The notes beneath the pieces are model-generated. The model made no database searches, was not told the origin of the DNA, and saw only the letters and a program-made list of their open reading frames with translations. Below are positions 42,046 to 56,331 of a DNA stretch of 64,000 nt, piece by piece. Origin of the DNA: Anthoceros angustus (lineage: Eukaryota; Plantae; Anthocerotophyta); contig MU008156.1 of assembly GCA_010909165.1 (NCBI GenBank), forward strand, positions 806,001 to 870,000. Direction: 5' to 3'. The translations under genes were made by a program, and so were the position numbers. Position 1 is the stretch's first letter; every line of letters begins with the position of its first letter.

Positions 42046-42354
42046 GTTTTCGAATGACTCAAGCAAGTTTATTTTTTGTAGTGCGGTGTCGCTATGATTT
42101 AAGCAAGTTCACTTGCAAAATACTCCCTATGTTCTCGAATTTTTAATTTTATTTTCACTGAAGAGATGAGGTTTTTTTTTCATATCTTTGTCTTATTACA
42201 AATTCCATGTATTGCCCTTTTTTCATATTATTGAAATTTTAAATGAAAATAGACATATCTAAGATGCATGGAAGGAACATGCATAGATATATCTATGTCT
42301 ATTGCCACATCCTGTCCTTCCATGTCTATCTAAGTAAGGAGGCTTGCTCATAGT

Positions 42355-42502
42355 AGTGGTCGACTCCTTGCAAGGAGTGCCTAGCTTTATCTAACATGTG
42401 CCTGATTATTCCCGAGAAGTATAATGGCAGTGGTTGACTTCCTGCAAGGAGTGCCTACTCTATTTGACATGTGCCTGATTAGCCTTGGGAAGTGTAATTG
42501 CA
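42355..42502. repeat. Degenerate 74-bp direct repeat x2 containing a perfect 16-bp palindrome
   Basis: agtggt..gact..tgcaaggagtgccta units start at 42355 and 42429; ACTCCTTGCAAGGAGT lies at 42363-42378. Confidence 0.8.
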
Positions 42503-42997
42503 AGACCTCAGGGTCCTACGTAGCTTGCCCTATCATGCCAAAGGCGACTGCAAGCAAGGCGCGCATTGGGTAAGCACCTTCACAGCCTGGGCACTTGCAT
42601 GCCTTTCCTTATTTGATACCATGATGCCCAGCAAGCCTGTTGGTCGTGGCCAATTGCTTGTTGGAAGAAAAGTAGAAATAGGGGCCTTCCTTGTGACATG
42701 ACGCTTACATAAATTAGTTTGCAGAAATCGTCTTATGGGCAGCTCAACCTGCCATCTCAATCAAGTTGCAGTAAGTTCACGGAGACTTCGATAAATTCCT
42801 CAAATCGAGTTCACGAAGTTCTATGGCGCAAGGCTGTCCCTTTCCTATTTCACAGCTTATTTTAGACTGCGGGTCTCCATTGCCCTTCAAAGGGCCCTCT
42901 TGACGGCAATCCTTCACAATGCGGCGACAGTAGGTGACGCTTCTTCCTCTTCCTTCGGGGGGGAGGGGGGGAGGGATTGGTTAATGCTAATCAAACA

Positions 42998-44303
42998 CTA
43001 AACCCAAGTGCAGAGATTAGTGTCATACGGCATGACACCAGTTTGAACAAGAAAAATGTGAGATGTCTAAACTACCATATCCACAAGCTGTAGGCTGCTT
43101 AATATATGTTGCTAATTGGACTTGACCTGAAATATAATTCTCGGTCAGCCAAGTTAGTTAATTCGTACACAATTTCGGTACGATGCATTGGGTAGCAGTG
43201 AAGAGTATATATCGATGCTTAAAAGGAAACCCTAGGTTTAGGATATATTATACGAGGAATCCAAAACTACCTATAATACTAATTGGGTGTCTTGATGTCA
43301 ATTGGGGATGTAACCCGATGACCGACAACCAAGTGAGTATAGTGCACTCGATGGCGACCAGACTTAATTTTGGGGAAGAAATTTTCTTGATAGTATATAT
43401 TACACACAAAAGGAACGTACCATTCTATATATCGATAGCCAAGTTGTGATTGCTATGGTGGCTAATCGTCGGTTCCATGGTAGAACCAAACATATCGAGT
43501 TCGAATACCACTTCATACTTGAAGTAGTTTCGGATGGTAAAGCACATCTTACTTATATACTTACCAAAGATAGCGCGGCGATGTGTTGACTAAACCTGCG
43601 CAGAGATTAGTGTCATACGGCATGACACCAGTTTGAACAAGAAAAATGTGAGATGTCTAAACTACCATATCCACAAGCTGTAGGCTGCTTAATATATGTT
43701 GCTAATTGGACTTGACCTGAAATATAATTCTCGGTCAGCCAAGTTAGTTAATTCGTACACAATTTCGGTACGATGCATTGGGTAGCAGTGAAGAGTATAT
43801 ATCGATGCTTAAAAGGAAACCCTAGGTTTAGGATATATTATACGAGGAATCCAAAACTACCTATAATACTAATTGGGTGTGCTGATGTCAATTGGGGATG
43901 TAACCCCGATGACCGACAACCAAGAGTGAGTATAGTGCACTCTCGATGGCAGCCACAGACTTAATTTTGGGGAAGAAATTTTCTTGATAGTATATATTAC
44001 ACACAAAAGGAACGTACCATTCTATATATCGATAGCCAAGTTGTGATTGCTATGGTGGCTAATCGTCGGTTCCATGGTAGAACCAAACATATCGAGTTCG
44101 AATACCACTTCATACTTGAAGTAGTTTCGGATGGTAAAGCACATCTTACTTATATACTTACCAAAGATAGCGCAGCCGATGTGTTGACTAAACCTCTGCT
44201 CAAATTTCTACATTACAAACATTCAGCGAGTTTGAGAGTTCATGTATGTTTAAAAGTTGAGGAAATCAAAACAGTCAAGCTTAACACAAATATGAAAGAC
44301 TAA
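42998..44303 (+). mobile_element. Degenerate Ty1/copia RT C-terminus plus RNase H fragment, tandemly duplicated (period ~590 bp)
   Basis: HWVAVKSIYRCLKG, LIGCADVNWG and FHGRTKHIEFEYHFILEVV...DSAADVLTKPL match the copia RT/RNase H consensus (HW.AVKRI.RYLKG; FH.RTKHI...YHF.RE...ADILTK). Copies start near 43011 and 43601. Confidence 0.9.
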
Positions 44304-44440
44304 GGATTACTTTACAAGTCAGTGGGAGAAGTTGTTCTCTTAAAAACTAAGGATTACTTTACAAGTCAGTGGGAGAAGTTGTTCTCTTAAAAACTAAGGA
44401 TTACTTTACAAGTCAGAGGGAGAAATTATTCTCTTAAAAA
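44299..44440. repeat. 47-bp tandem repeat x3 directly after the copia RNase H stop
   Basis: actaaggattactttacaagtcagtgggagaagttgttctcttaaaa starts at 44299, 44346 and 44393. Confidence 0.92.
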
Positions 44441-45030
44441 CCTACGGTGATCGACAACAACCCCACAACCTCGAATGTGAAGTCTGCATACAAAACTATG
44501 GAGACTTGTTTAAGCTCCAATAACCCGCTACCACGAATGTGAAGTCATATAAGACTATCGAGACTTGTTCAAGCTCCATTGCTTTTCTCTGAGTGGGAAT
44601 GCTGACATAGAAACACACTTAGTATCTGCCAAGTCACACTTGAGACTCTGAATCCACATAACCCTTTACGAGGCCATCTGCTGAGTACATCCAGGGTGCA
44701 CCATGTGGCTGGTGGTGTCACAACCTCAGCTCAAGTGCACATATGCTTGCAAACGGCGCCGAGACTCGAACTATGTTGGGTCATGGTGACCGTATGTGTG
44801 TAATGTGACTATCGCAGTTGCTGAAGACTTAGTTGACGAGCATCATCCTCTAAGTTCCGCATTGGGCATACACATTCGTAGCCTTACACTAGCATAAGCT
44901 CTAAAACAAACGTAACACCGGGATGACATTCCTATTGAAGAAGCTATGCATGAGCCATATGCTTTGAAACGTAGCACCGAAATTTGCCTCTTCAGAAATT
45001 ATACTTGACTCTAGCTGCTACTTCCGCTAT

Positions 45031-45213
45031 TGACTCCCAAACTGGCGCATGCTCAAGAATGTGTCTATGACTGACTCCCATATTGGCACATGGTTAAGAA
45101 TGTCTCTATGACTGACTACTAAACTGGCACATGCTTGAGAATATGTCCATGAATGACTCACAAACTTCTATGACTGACTCCCAAACTGACACATGCTTAA
45201 GAATGTCTCCATG
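45031..45213. repeat. Degenerate 41-bp tandem repeat, about 4.5 copies
   Basis: tgactcccaaactggcrcatgctyaagaatgtgtctatgac-like units at 45031, 45072, 45113, 45154 and 45175. Confidence 0.85.
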
Positions 45214-45941
45214 CCTTGTCTTATGCCTGCCTATTTCAATAGTCTATGTGTATGTGGAGTTCTTCTTCTCTTGTTGCATCACTCCCGCACTTGGTGCGAC
45301 CTTGAACAAGTCATACAAGGATTCTGCTACATGTGGTGCGCCATTGTCTTTTTCACTTATGCTACATGTTCTGTGAGGCATAGAAGGCTTTCTATACGGT
45401 TTTTTAGTTTATAATTGCGGGATGGAATAAAAGAAAACTTCAAATTTCGTTTGGAAAGTCGAAGTAAAGCGGCAATAGGGCGATGGTGCCAATGGCGGAC
45501 TGAAGGAACCTCACACCTTGCAACATTTGTGGAATCTGAGCATGTAGACTTCAGAAGGTGGGGATCCGGCGGTCGCTGTGAAATCACAGGCTTTTTTCCA
45601 TCTTGTTCCTGCTTCTTATTCTGCGTGGTCGCAGGCCTGCAGCCTTGCTGGCGGGAGACTTGGAATTTTGTATCGCTGGTGATCATACTAAACCAGATGT
45701 GACGATCTCGGTTGCAGGGAACCGCGTGGCTGCCTCTTACGTGGGGTCAGGGCGATTGGCCGTTTCGTCTGTTGCCCCGGAATTCTGCGATTGCCTCGCT
45801 TGTTAGAGGCGCAGGCTGTTCGTTCTTGCTTTGCAGCCAACAGGAATGAAGGACGGGCTTTCGAAGAAGCATGAGGGCGTGTTTCCCGCTGGTCAAAGCA
45901 GGCCATTCTGAGAGTGTCATTTTTGTGCAAAGGCGGAAGTC

Positions 45942-47789
45942 ATGGGATCGCTGTCCAAGTGCAAACGTGAGCTTGCAGCCTTCTGGGAGCCCCGGTGGAG
46001 GAGGAATTTGCTTATCGGGTGCACTGCCCTGGCTTTAGGTGGTTACGGGACCTACCGCGTATGCACATCCTCGTATGTTTCTCAAAAAAGGAGTCAAATG
46101 CAGAGTCTTCTGAATACCCTTTCAAATGTTGCTGAAGCTGCAGAGGTTGGGAGTAGCTGCACCAAATTGGTTTGTGCTGATCTGCATAGGTTTCTTGTCT
46201 CTGACGGTGACGAAGTTCCTCAGAGTTTGAGACAGCTGTTGAAGTTGGGGAGGTCAGAGGATGTGAAGGATACTTTGATGACCATGACCGCTGCCATTTC
46301 CCAAGGTATTCTGAAAGCTGGGCTGAGTTCTGGGAAGTCTATGAACGGGGAAACCAAAGCCACGGCTGGCCTGCAAGCAGCCAATGACGATGAAATTTTC
46401 AGACTGTATGTGGGAGGTGTGGGAGACACTGTTAGTCGCTTGGGCAGGATTACAGATATGGACACGGTGGGAACCCCGAAGCCATCTTCGTCTCAAAGGT
46501 CTTCAGTGTTCTCTAACAAGTCGCAGCAGATTGATGCCGCTGAATGTGAACATGTGAACGGAGTGGATCTGTTCAGGGAGTTTGTCAGTGAGTCTGAATG
46601 GATGGATGGAACATGGGGTTCAAGTCATCATAAGAATGCAAGAGATGGGGGAGTAAACTTGGATGACCGGCTTCCTGAAAGGATGCTTGGGAAACTTTTC
46701 AGCCCGGCAGGTACAGGGTTTGCCTCAGCCGTGGTTGGGAGTGCAACCAGAAACTTCATGATGTGTGTTCTTGAGTACTATAAGAGCACCAGTACAAGAT
46801 CAAAACGACATGGAGCTCGCCTTGTAACCAGTTGTAGATATGATGCATCCCCGGACTCAGCGTCGGATGTGTCAGATGGTGAGTTGGATAATTCATGGGC
46901 ACCAGTTGTTGAGAGTATTCTGGATTTTGCATGCAGCAGCAAGGGAAGACCCCTCATTTCAGAGTGCATCGAGACATTTGTGTCGACAGCTGTTACTGCC
47001 TACTTGGAAAAGACGAAAGATGTGAATGTATATGAGGAGTTAGTTGCAGGAATGACAAAACCTCGACATAGGGAGCCTGTGAAAGAAATACTTATATCAG
47101 TATGCTCCAGTGCTGTTCAGACTTTGGTGAGAACTTCCCATGAAGTTTTGTCCATCGGGTCATCAGGTCCTGAGGAAAGTGACCAGAGCCTTGATTCAGA
47201 CCGAGAAATGGTGGATGAGAATTTTCTGCTGGATAATGGCAGCATGAACAGCAAGCTGTACAGGTACAAACGGAGCTTTCTTGAAGATGTTTCAAATGCA
47301 AGGACGTCAGAAATTTCGGATGGAAGTAGGTTCGGGACAGGTTCAAAGGGCAAACGAGAACTTGGGGAGGGCTCTACTTCTCAGCAACACCAGGGTTCAG
47401 AGAGTGCAGGAGGATCACAAAGGCACACACGTGGTTGGGTAGATGGATTGTCAAGGACACTAGCCATCCCGAGCAATCGCAAACTAGTGGTGGAGGTCGC
47501 AGGGACTGTGAGCGCAGAAGCTGTCAAGTCGTTTTGTGAGGCTGCCATTGCGACCTGGTTCTCTGCCTTGAACTCCAGCAGTAGGGGCCAAAGCTCAACA
47601 GGAATCAACCTTTCTGGGCAGAGGATTCTCTCTTTAGTCAGCGGAAATCTGGTACAACTTGAGAAGCAAGTTGGTCGGGTTGCCAAGGTTGCAGCAGCAA
47701 GGGCTTTGGTTGTGATGACGATATGTTTAGCTCTTTGCTTGCATGTTTTGTTGCTTAGTTCGGCTAAGCCTTTCAGCCAGGCTGTGTGA
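45942..47789 (+). CDS. PP2-A10: PHLOEM PROTEIN 2-LIKE A10 family protein, intronless, 615 aa
   Basis: Clean 615-aa ORF with family motifs GGYGTYRV, FLVSDGDEVPQSLRQLLKL, KLFSPAGTGFASAVVGS, YLEKTKDVNVYEEL, CSSAVQTLVRTSH and LSRTLAIPSNRKLV, plus hydrophobic segments at both ends. Confidence 0.85.
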   Translation: MGSLSKCKRELAAFWEPRWRRNLLIGCTALALGGYGTYRVCTSSYVSQKRSQMQSLLNTLSNVAEAAEVGSSCTKLVCADLHRFLVSDGDEVPQSLRQLLKLGRSEDVKDTLMTMTAAISQGILKAGLSSGKSMNGETKATAGLQAANDDEIFRLYVGGVGDTVSRLGRITDMDTVGTPKPSSSQRSSVFSNKSQQIDAAECEHVNGVDLFREFVSESEWMDGTWGSSHHKNARDGGVNLDDRLPERMLGKLFSPAGTGFASAVVGSATRNFMMCVLEYYKSTSTRSKRHGARLVTSCRYDASPDSASDVSDGELDNSWAPVVESILDFACSSKGRPLISECIETFVSTAVTAYLEKTKDVNVYEELVAGMTKPRHREPVKEILISVCSSAVQTLVRTSHEVLSIGSSGPEESDQSLDSDREMVDENFLLDNGSMNSKLYRYKRSFLEDVSNARTSEISDGSRFGTGSKGKRELGEGSTSQQHQGSESAGGSQRHTRGWVDGLSRTLAIPSNRKLVVEVAGTVSAEAVKSFCEAAIATWFSALNSSSRGQSSTGINLSGQRILSLVSGNLVQLEKQVGRVAKVAAARALVVMTICLALCLHVLLLSSAKPFSQAV

Positions 47790-48255
47790 GAGGTGTCCTG
47801 GCTTGGACTACTTGAGTTGCATTGCGTTGCTGTACACAACCAGCATTCCATCGTTCGAAACTGTTTTTGATAATTGGTGAAGGGGGAAAAGGGAGACTTC
47901 GAGTTCCAAAAATTATTCATTTGTGTGATGTCACATTGTTCCAGACCTAGTCCAGGGAAGGTGCCTTGTATTCCAATGCAAAGGGGATCTTGTTGTCTAC
48001 TTTGCTATGGGCTGCACCGTAGCAAGTTGTCGGAAAACAAGTACTGTTCTAGGTGACAAAGAGCGGCAGTCTTAAGCCAGCTCCGAGTTGAGAATTCAAT
48101 GAATCAGCCACGTAAGTTTCAATGACAATTTTGCCTACCACCCAGCAGGGTTACAGGCAGGCTACTGTACAAAGCAAAAATGTAGCTGCAAAACTTCTTC
48201 TTCAATAGAAGAACAACATGAATAAATGGACAAGGCAACAGATGAAGGTACGACA

Positions 48256-52649
<4,394 letters not shown>

Positions 52650-53272
52650 GACTCCTCCCCGCGTCAGGAAGGTGGTGCGGGGCAGCAGAATTCAAAGCAC
52701 AATTGCGCGAGGCCAAGAGCTAGAGATGGTGATGCTGGAGGCCTGACCCGACGACAAGGGTGCAAAGCGATTTCGGAAATCGCAGGTCCACATTATCTGT
52801 GCTGCCGGCCACACAAGTGTCCACTTTGGCAGCCTACATGGCAGCACCTCAAACAGCCCAGCTTCTCCCTTGGACTACCTTCATGAAAGAGACTGCAAGT
52901 TAGAGGGTTGGCAAACCCAAGTCTGATGGAAAGGGCTATTGGTCACTACAAACTTGTATAGGTAATGACTGAGGACACCCGTTTACCTCTCATTTCGGTT
53001 CTTTGTGGGCCTTTATAAATATGTATACGGTGTTGACCTATCTCATTAGAAATTTTTAATACGAGGAAGGCTCCTTTCAACCTCCATCCTACAAGAGTTG
53101 AACACCTTAAAATGGCTTTGATTGATTTTCCATAATTATTAGAATATTTTAAATTTATAATTAGAAATAATTTTATATATTACAATAAATTATAGATTTA
53201 TACAACTCTAATAAAGATTGAGAAATGTAAACCACCTGCTAATCAAACACTTTTCTCACTTTATATTATAGG

Positions 53273-53365
53273 TAACTAGAATAAATTCCTTGCACACCTT
53301 TGTGTAACTAGAACAAATACCTTACACACCTTTGTGTAACTAGAACAAATACCTTCTACACTTTT
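53273..53365. repeat. 32-bp tandem repeat x3; a 17-bp doublet follows at ~53418-53453
   Basis: taactagaayaaatwccttrcacacctttgtg units at 53273, 53305 and 53337. Confidence 0.85.
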
Positions 53366-53503
53366 ATTTAACAGGATATGCAAATCAATGAATTGTCAAA
53401 CTCTGCAAATACCAAGTAGCCCACCATCATTTGAAGCCCACCATCATTTGAAGGGATTTAAAAATGAACGGTCAAACTCTCCATTACATGTTTTCATTCA
53501 CAA

Positions 53504-53859
53504 GAAGAAGAAGAAGAATTTTATTGAAGTCCACTAAGGATGGATTTCCGTCACAAGGATGTATCGATGACCAGTCAAACTGTAACCAATATTTTGTAAA
53601 ATATTTATAATAGAATAAAATTGATCAAATTCTAACAGCAGTGCGCCAACCTTTAAATCCTAGTGAAGGCGCACCCCGCCGCCGGGTAACTCGGAATTGG
53701 GGTGGCTGATTATCATGGTGGGGAGAGCAGGACCAGGGCGGGCTAGTGGTCGAAGGACCCCTTGGGCGTCATTACTTTCACGGTACCACTCGCTCCTGCG
53801 AGATCTCATATGTTGTACCACTATTCTTGCGAGGTCAGATGTGTTATAGGGCACAACGA
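53504..53859 (-). mobile_element. Putative short or 5'-truncated non-LTR retroelement ending in AATAAA + (TTC)5
   Basis: The minus strand ends CTTCAATAAAA(TTC)5. The flanks ttttcattcacaa (53491-53503) and ttttctgtcacaa (53860-53872) match at 11/13 and may be a target-site duplication. Confidence 0.4.
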
Positions 53860-54203
53860 TTTTCTGTCACAAACAGCGACGATGGTACGATCCCAACGGT
53901 CTCATGACAAGACCAAACGAGGAACCACATCACAGTTCATAGGATTGTACAACGATTACGAGGCAAAACGGTGGTTTTTCCCACAGAGTTTTGTTAATCA
54001 ACAAACTCAGGGTTGCCACGCAGAAAATTTTTTCCGTGTGGCACCTTTGAATAATAGCACAACACCGCAAACAAACGAGCCCAAACACGCAGACCTTTCT
54101 AGTCTCACAAGCTGCGACATCTTGACATCAGCAGCAGCTATTCTAATCCTTCTAACCATCTGCCCTTGGTTTCCCCATGCGGCAAGGGGGCTTCTGGATG
54201 ACC

Positions 54204-54688
54204 TTAACGGTACTGCACAAGCACGTGAGAACCATTAGAACAAACAGGGTAAACCCTAAACACAGGCTTCCCCACGCCATGAAACAGTCCAGACGAAAAA
54301 CAGCCACTGTGCGGAAAGACCTCGAGTAACCCTAAAGTAGCCGCGAAAACAAGCACACAGAGAGTCACCCACCTTGACAAAACCAATGTCCTTGGCGTAG
54401 ATTCGGAAACACTGGCGGCACGCCATGATACCATACTTCCTGATCATGCCGTGTCCGTTGCCACAGACCCGGCTGCACCACACACAGAAAAGAACCAGGT
54501 GATTCATCAGTCAGACCCGAACCACGCCAAGCGGCGGCTCCCAAACAAGCCCGAACACAATTGATCCAAAGCCTCGAGCATCAGCCGACACTGCGGTGGT
54601 GAAGCACTCAGCGGCGGATGGCTTACCAGGTGCGGGAGCCGGGCCCGAACTTCTTCGGGTGAGAGTTCCACACCGCTGCGTGACCCAT
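54204..54688 (-). CDS. RPS29: 40S ribosomal protein S29 (uS14), 3 exons, 56 aa
   Basis: Exons 54627-54688, 54373-54472 and 54204-54212 give [56 protein letters not shown], with both CxxC motifs and GT-AG introns. Confidence 0.97.
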
Positions 54689-54819
54689 GTTGTCTAGACG
54701 ATACCGGCCGCAAGCCTGAGAGCGCGAGCAGAGGAAAGCAAGAGCGAAACGAAAAGAAAGCGTCTGTACGACGGCCGACGCCTATATTTCTCAGTGGAAG
54801 ACAGGTACTAGGGTCGGCA

Positions 54820-54826
54820 ATATATA
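54820..54826 (-). promoter_or_regulatory. Candidate TATA box of RPS29
   Basis: Minus-strand TATATAT ~130 bp upstream of the ATG, followed by a pyrimidine-rich leader. Confidence 0.4.
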
Positions 54827-54974
54827 GACCACTCATTCTCGGAACGCATGCGGAGTCTAGTTTGGGGCTATAACAAACATCGATACGAATTTAGGTATTG
54901 AATCGAAAGAGATGACATAAATTTATTTTTCTAACTTATACCAGAATGGGTCATGGAGTGGAGCGCCTTGTTCC

Positions 54975-55106
54975 TTGCCCTCCTCCTTGGGCCACTTCGG
55001 GATAAAACGCACCTACAGCTTGCTGGCCCCGCATTTTTGTTGGCACGGGCTGTACTCTCAGGTTCGGGATTGGCTGGCCAGCTATGAGCCGTGTGACAAG
55101 GTGAAG
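54975..55106 (+). mobile_element. Ty3/gypsy integrase zinc-binding (H2C2) fragment, degenerate
   Basis: LGHFGIKRTYSLLAPHFCWHGLYSQVRDWLASYEPCDKVK matches GH.G..RT...L...(Y/F)W..L...V...V..C..C...K, with the first Cys changed to Tyr. Confidence 0.75.
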
Positions 55107-55154
55107 ACCTCGTTCACCATCCCCTCAAGTCATGCCAATGATGTCCCTAAGGTC

Positions 55155-55458
55155 AGCTCGATCTGGCGGCTGGAACCCTGGACATTGATATTGCAATGTG
55201 GTTGACACTGTGAGCCACTTACAATGAGGTCGACGGTGCCCAACACTGCAATGGTGTTGTAGCGGCCCCAAAATACGTCCGCCAGGAACGCCCCCGGGAT
55301 GGAAGAGAAGAAGACGCATCCCACCCAATTGTTGACGTCTTTGGTAGCCGCTGCCAGGCCTTCTCCCAGCACTTCCGTCAAGCAAGTCACCGGATTAGTG
55401 GCAACGCTGTAGTAGCTCACCTCTCTGTGAAATCGTTCCCTGATCATGCAGCAACATT
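55155..55458 (-). pseudogene. Isolated, frameshifted copy of NPF exon 2 with flanking intron sequence
   Basis: Aligns to ~57920-58220. The exon-equivalent 55223-55439 is 217 nt versus 218 nt (cacctctctg vs caccctctctg), and both intron flanks are retained. Confidence 0.92.
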
Positions 55459-55468
55459 CACCACTCAG

Positions 55469-55772
55469 CAACATTCAATCGCAAACAATCAAGCAATCAG
55501 CAACATTCAATCGCAAACAATCGAACGATCAGCAACATTCTATACTCAGAAATTGTTTACAAAGCAGGGGGCCGGGCAGCATGAAGCTACATTCGATCAT
55601 CAGGTATGTGCAACTTTGCGAGGCTGTGTAATGGTTGATGGCAGTCGTCGAACCCTTGCAGAAATCGTCGTCGAACCCTTGCAGAAATGCAAGTGGTGCT
55701 CCCTACCTTACGAAAGTTGTGTGTTGCCGAATTCGAAAGTTGTGTGTTGCCGAATTCGAAAGTTGTGTGTTG
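55469..55772. repeat. Cluster of short tandem duplications (~32 bp x2, 23 bp x2, 23 bp x2.7)
   Basis: cagcaacattcaatcgcaaacaatc twice; gtcgtcgaacccttgcagaaat at 55644 and 55667; cgaaagttgtgtgttgccgaatt at 55711, 55734 and 55757. Confidence 0.85.
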
Positions 55773-55948
55773 TCATATGACAGGTACCCGAGCGAACTGC
55801 TGCTTAGGGCCTTTTAGTGATGCCGTCAGTGACGGTTACAGCTGACAGACTGTGTAAGAGTGGCCCAAGAAATCTTTTATTTTTTTCTTCTGTGAAATTT
55901 GCTGCATCTCCACAGGCAATTGATATACTGGCCTTCCATCAGCCTTAC

Positions 55949-56145
55949 CTCACACAATGTGCCTCGTCAATCACAAATTTAGGCAACTGCCTAGGGCTGG
56001 ACCGTGCAGCAATTGTTGCATCAAGGTGCTGTTGATAACAGTGGGCAGCAGTTTCTCGTGTGGGTGCCTGTGGTTTGTCATCTTTGAAGGCTCCGCAGCC
56101 ATGTCCCAGGTCGAGCTGTGATGTGCACTCATGAGTGTGATGCAA
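55949..56145 (-). pseudogene. RecQ-type helicase exon fragment (motif II DEAH)
   Basis: RQLPKFVIDEAHCV followed by AG|GTAAGG (donor at 55948). This matches RecQ L..FVIDEAHCVS|QWGHDFR. No other helicase exons were found, and the upstream limit is approximate. Confidence 0.6.
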
Positions 56146-56331
56146 TGCCCTCTGACCAAACTTTGGAAATCACGCAGTTGGAAAACCAATCTAAAGTCTC
56201 TGGCCATTAGGACCTCCACGCTAATCTGAGCACGGATGCGCTTCACGAAGTTTACATCGTGCCTCCAGAGACCTGACAGAAATGTATGAGAGACAGGTTG
56301 CAGGCTGTTCAGGAATCAGCTGCAAGCGGGC

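Larger units (their letters stand above)
1..42215 (+). repeat. Head-to-tail tandem gene array, about 7 units of 4.7-7.7 kb; left end lies outside the window
   Basis: Landmarks recur in order. Start context catcaagATGagcacgatggag at 3314, 11016, 16643, 22426, 28440, 33168. MIEETLELE at 149, 6844, 13478, 19291, 25282, 30011, 35914. TM-end stops at 2244, 9945, 15558, 21351, 27371, 32094, 42045. Unit homology stops after ...aattccatgtattgc at 42215. Confidence 0.97.
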
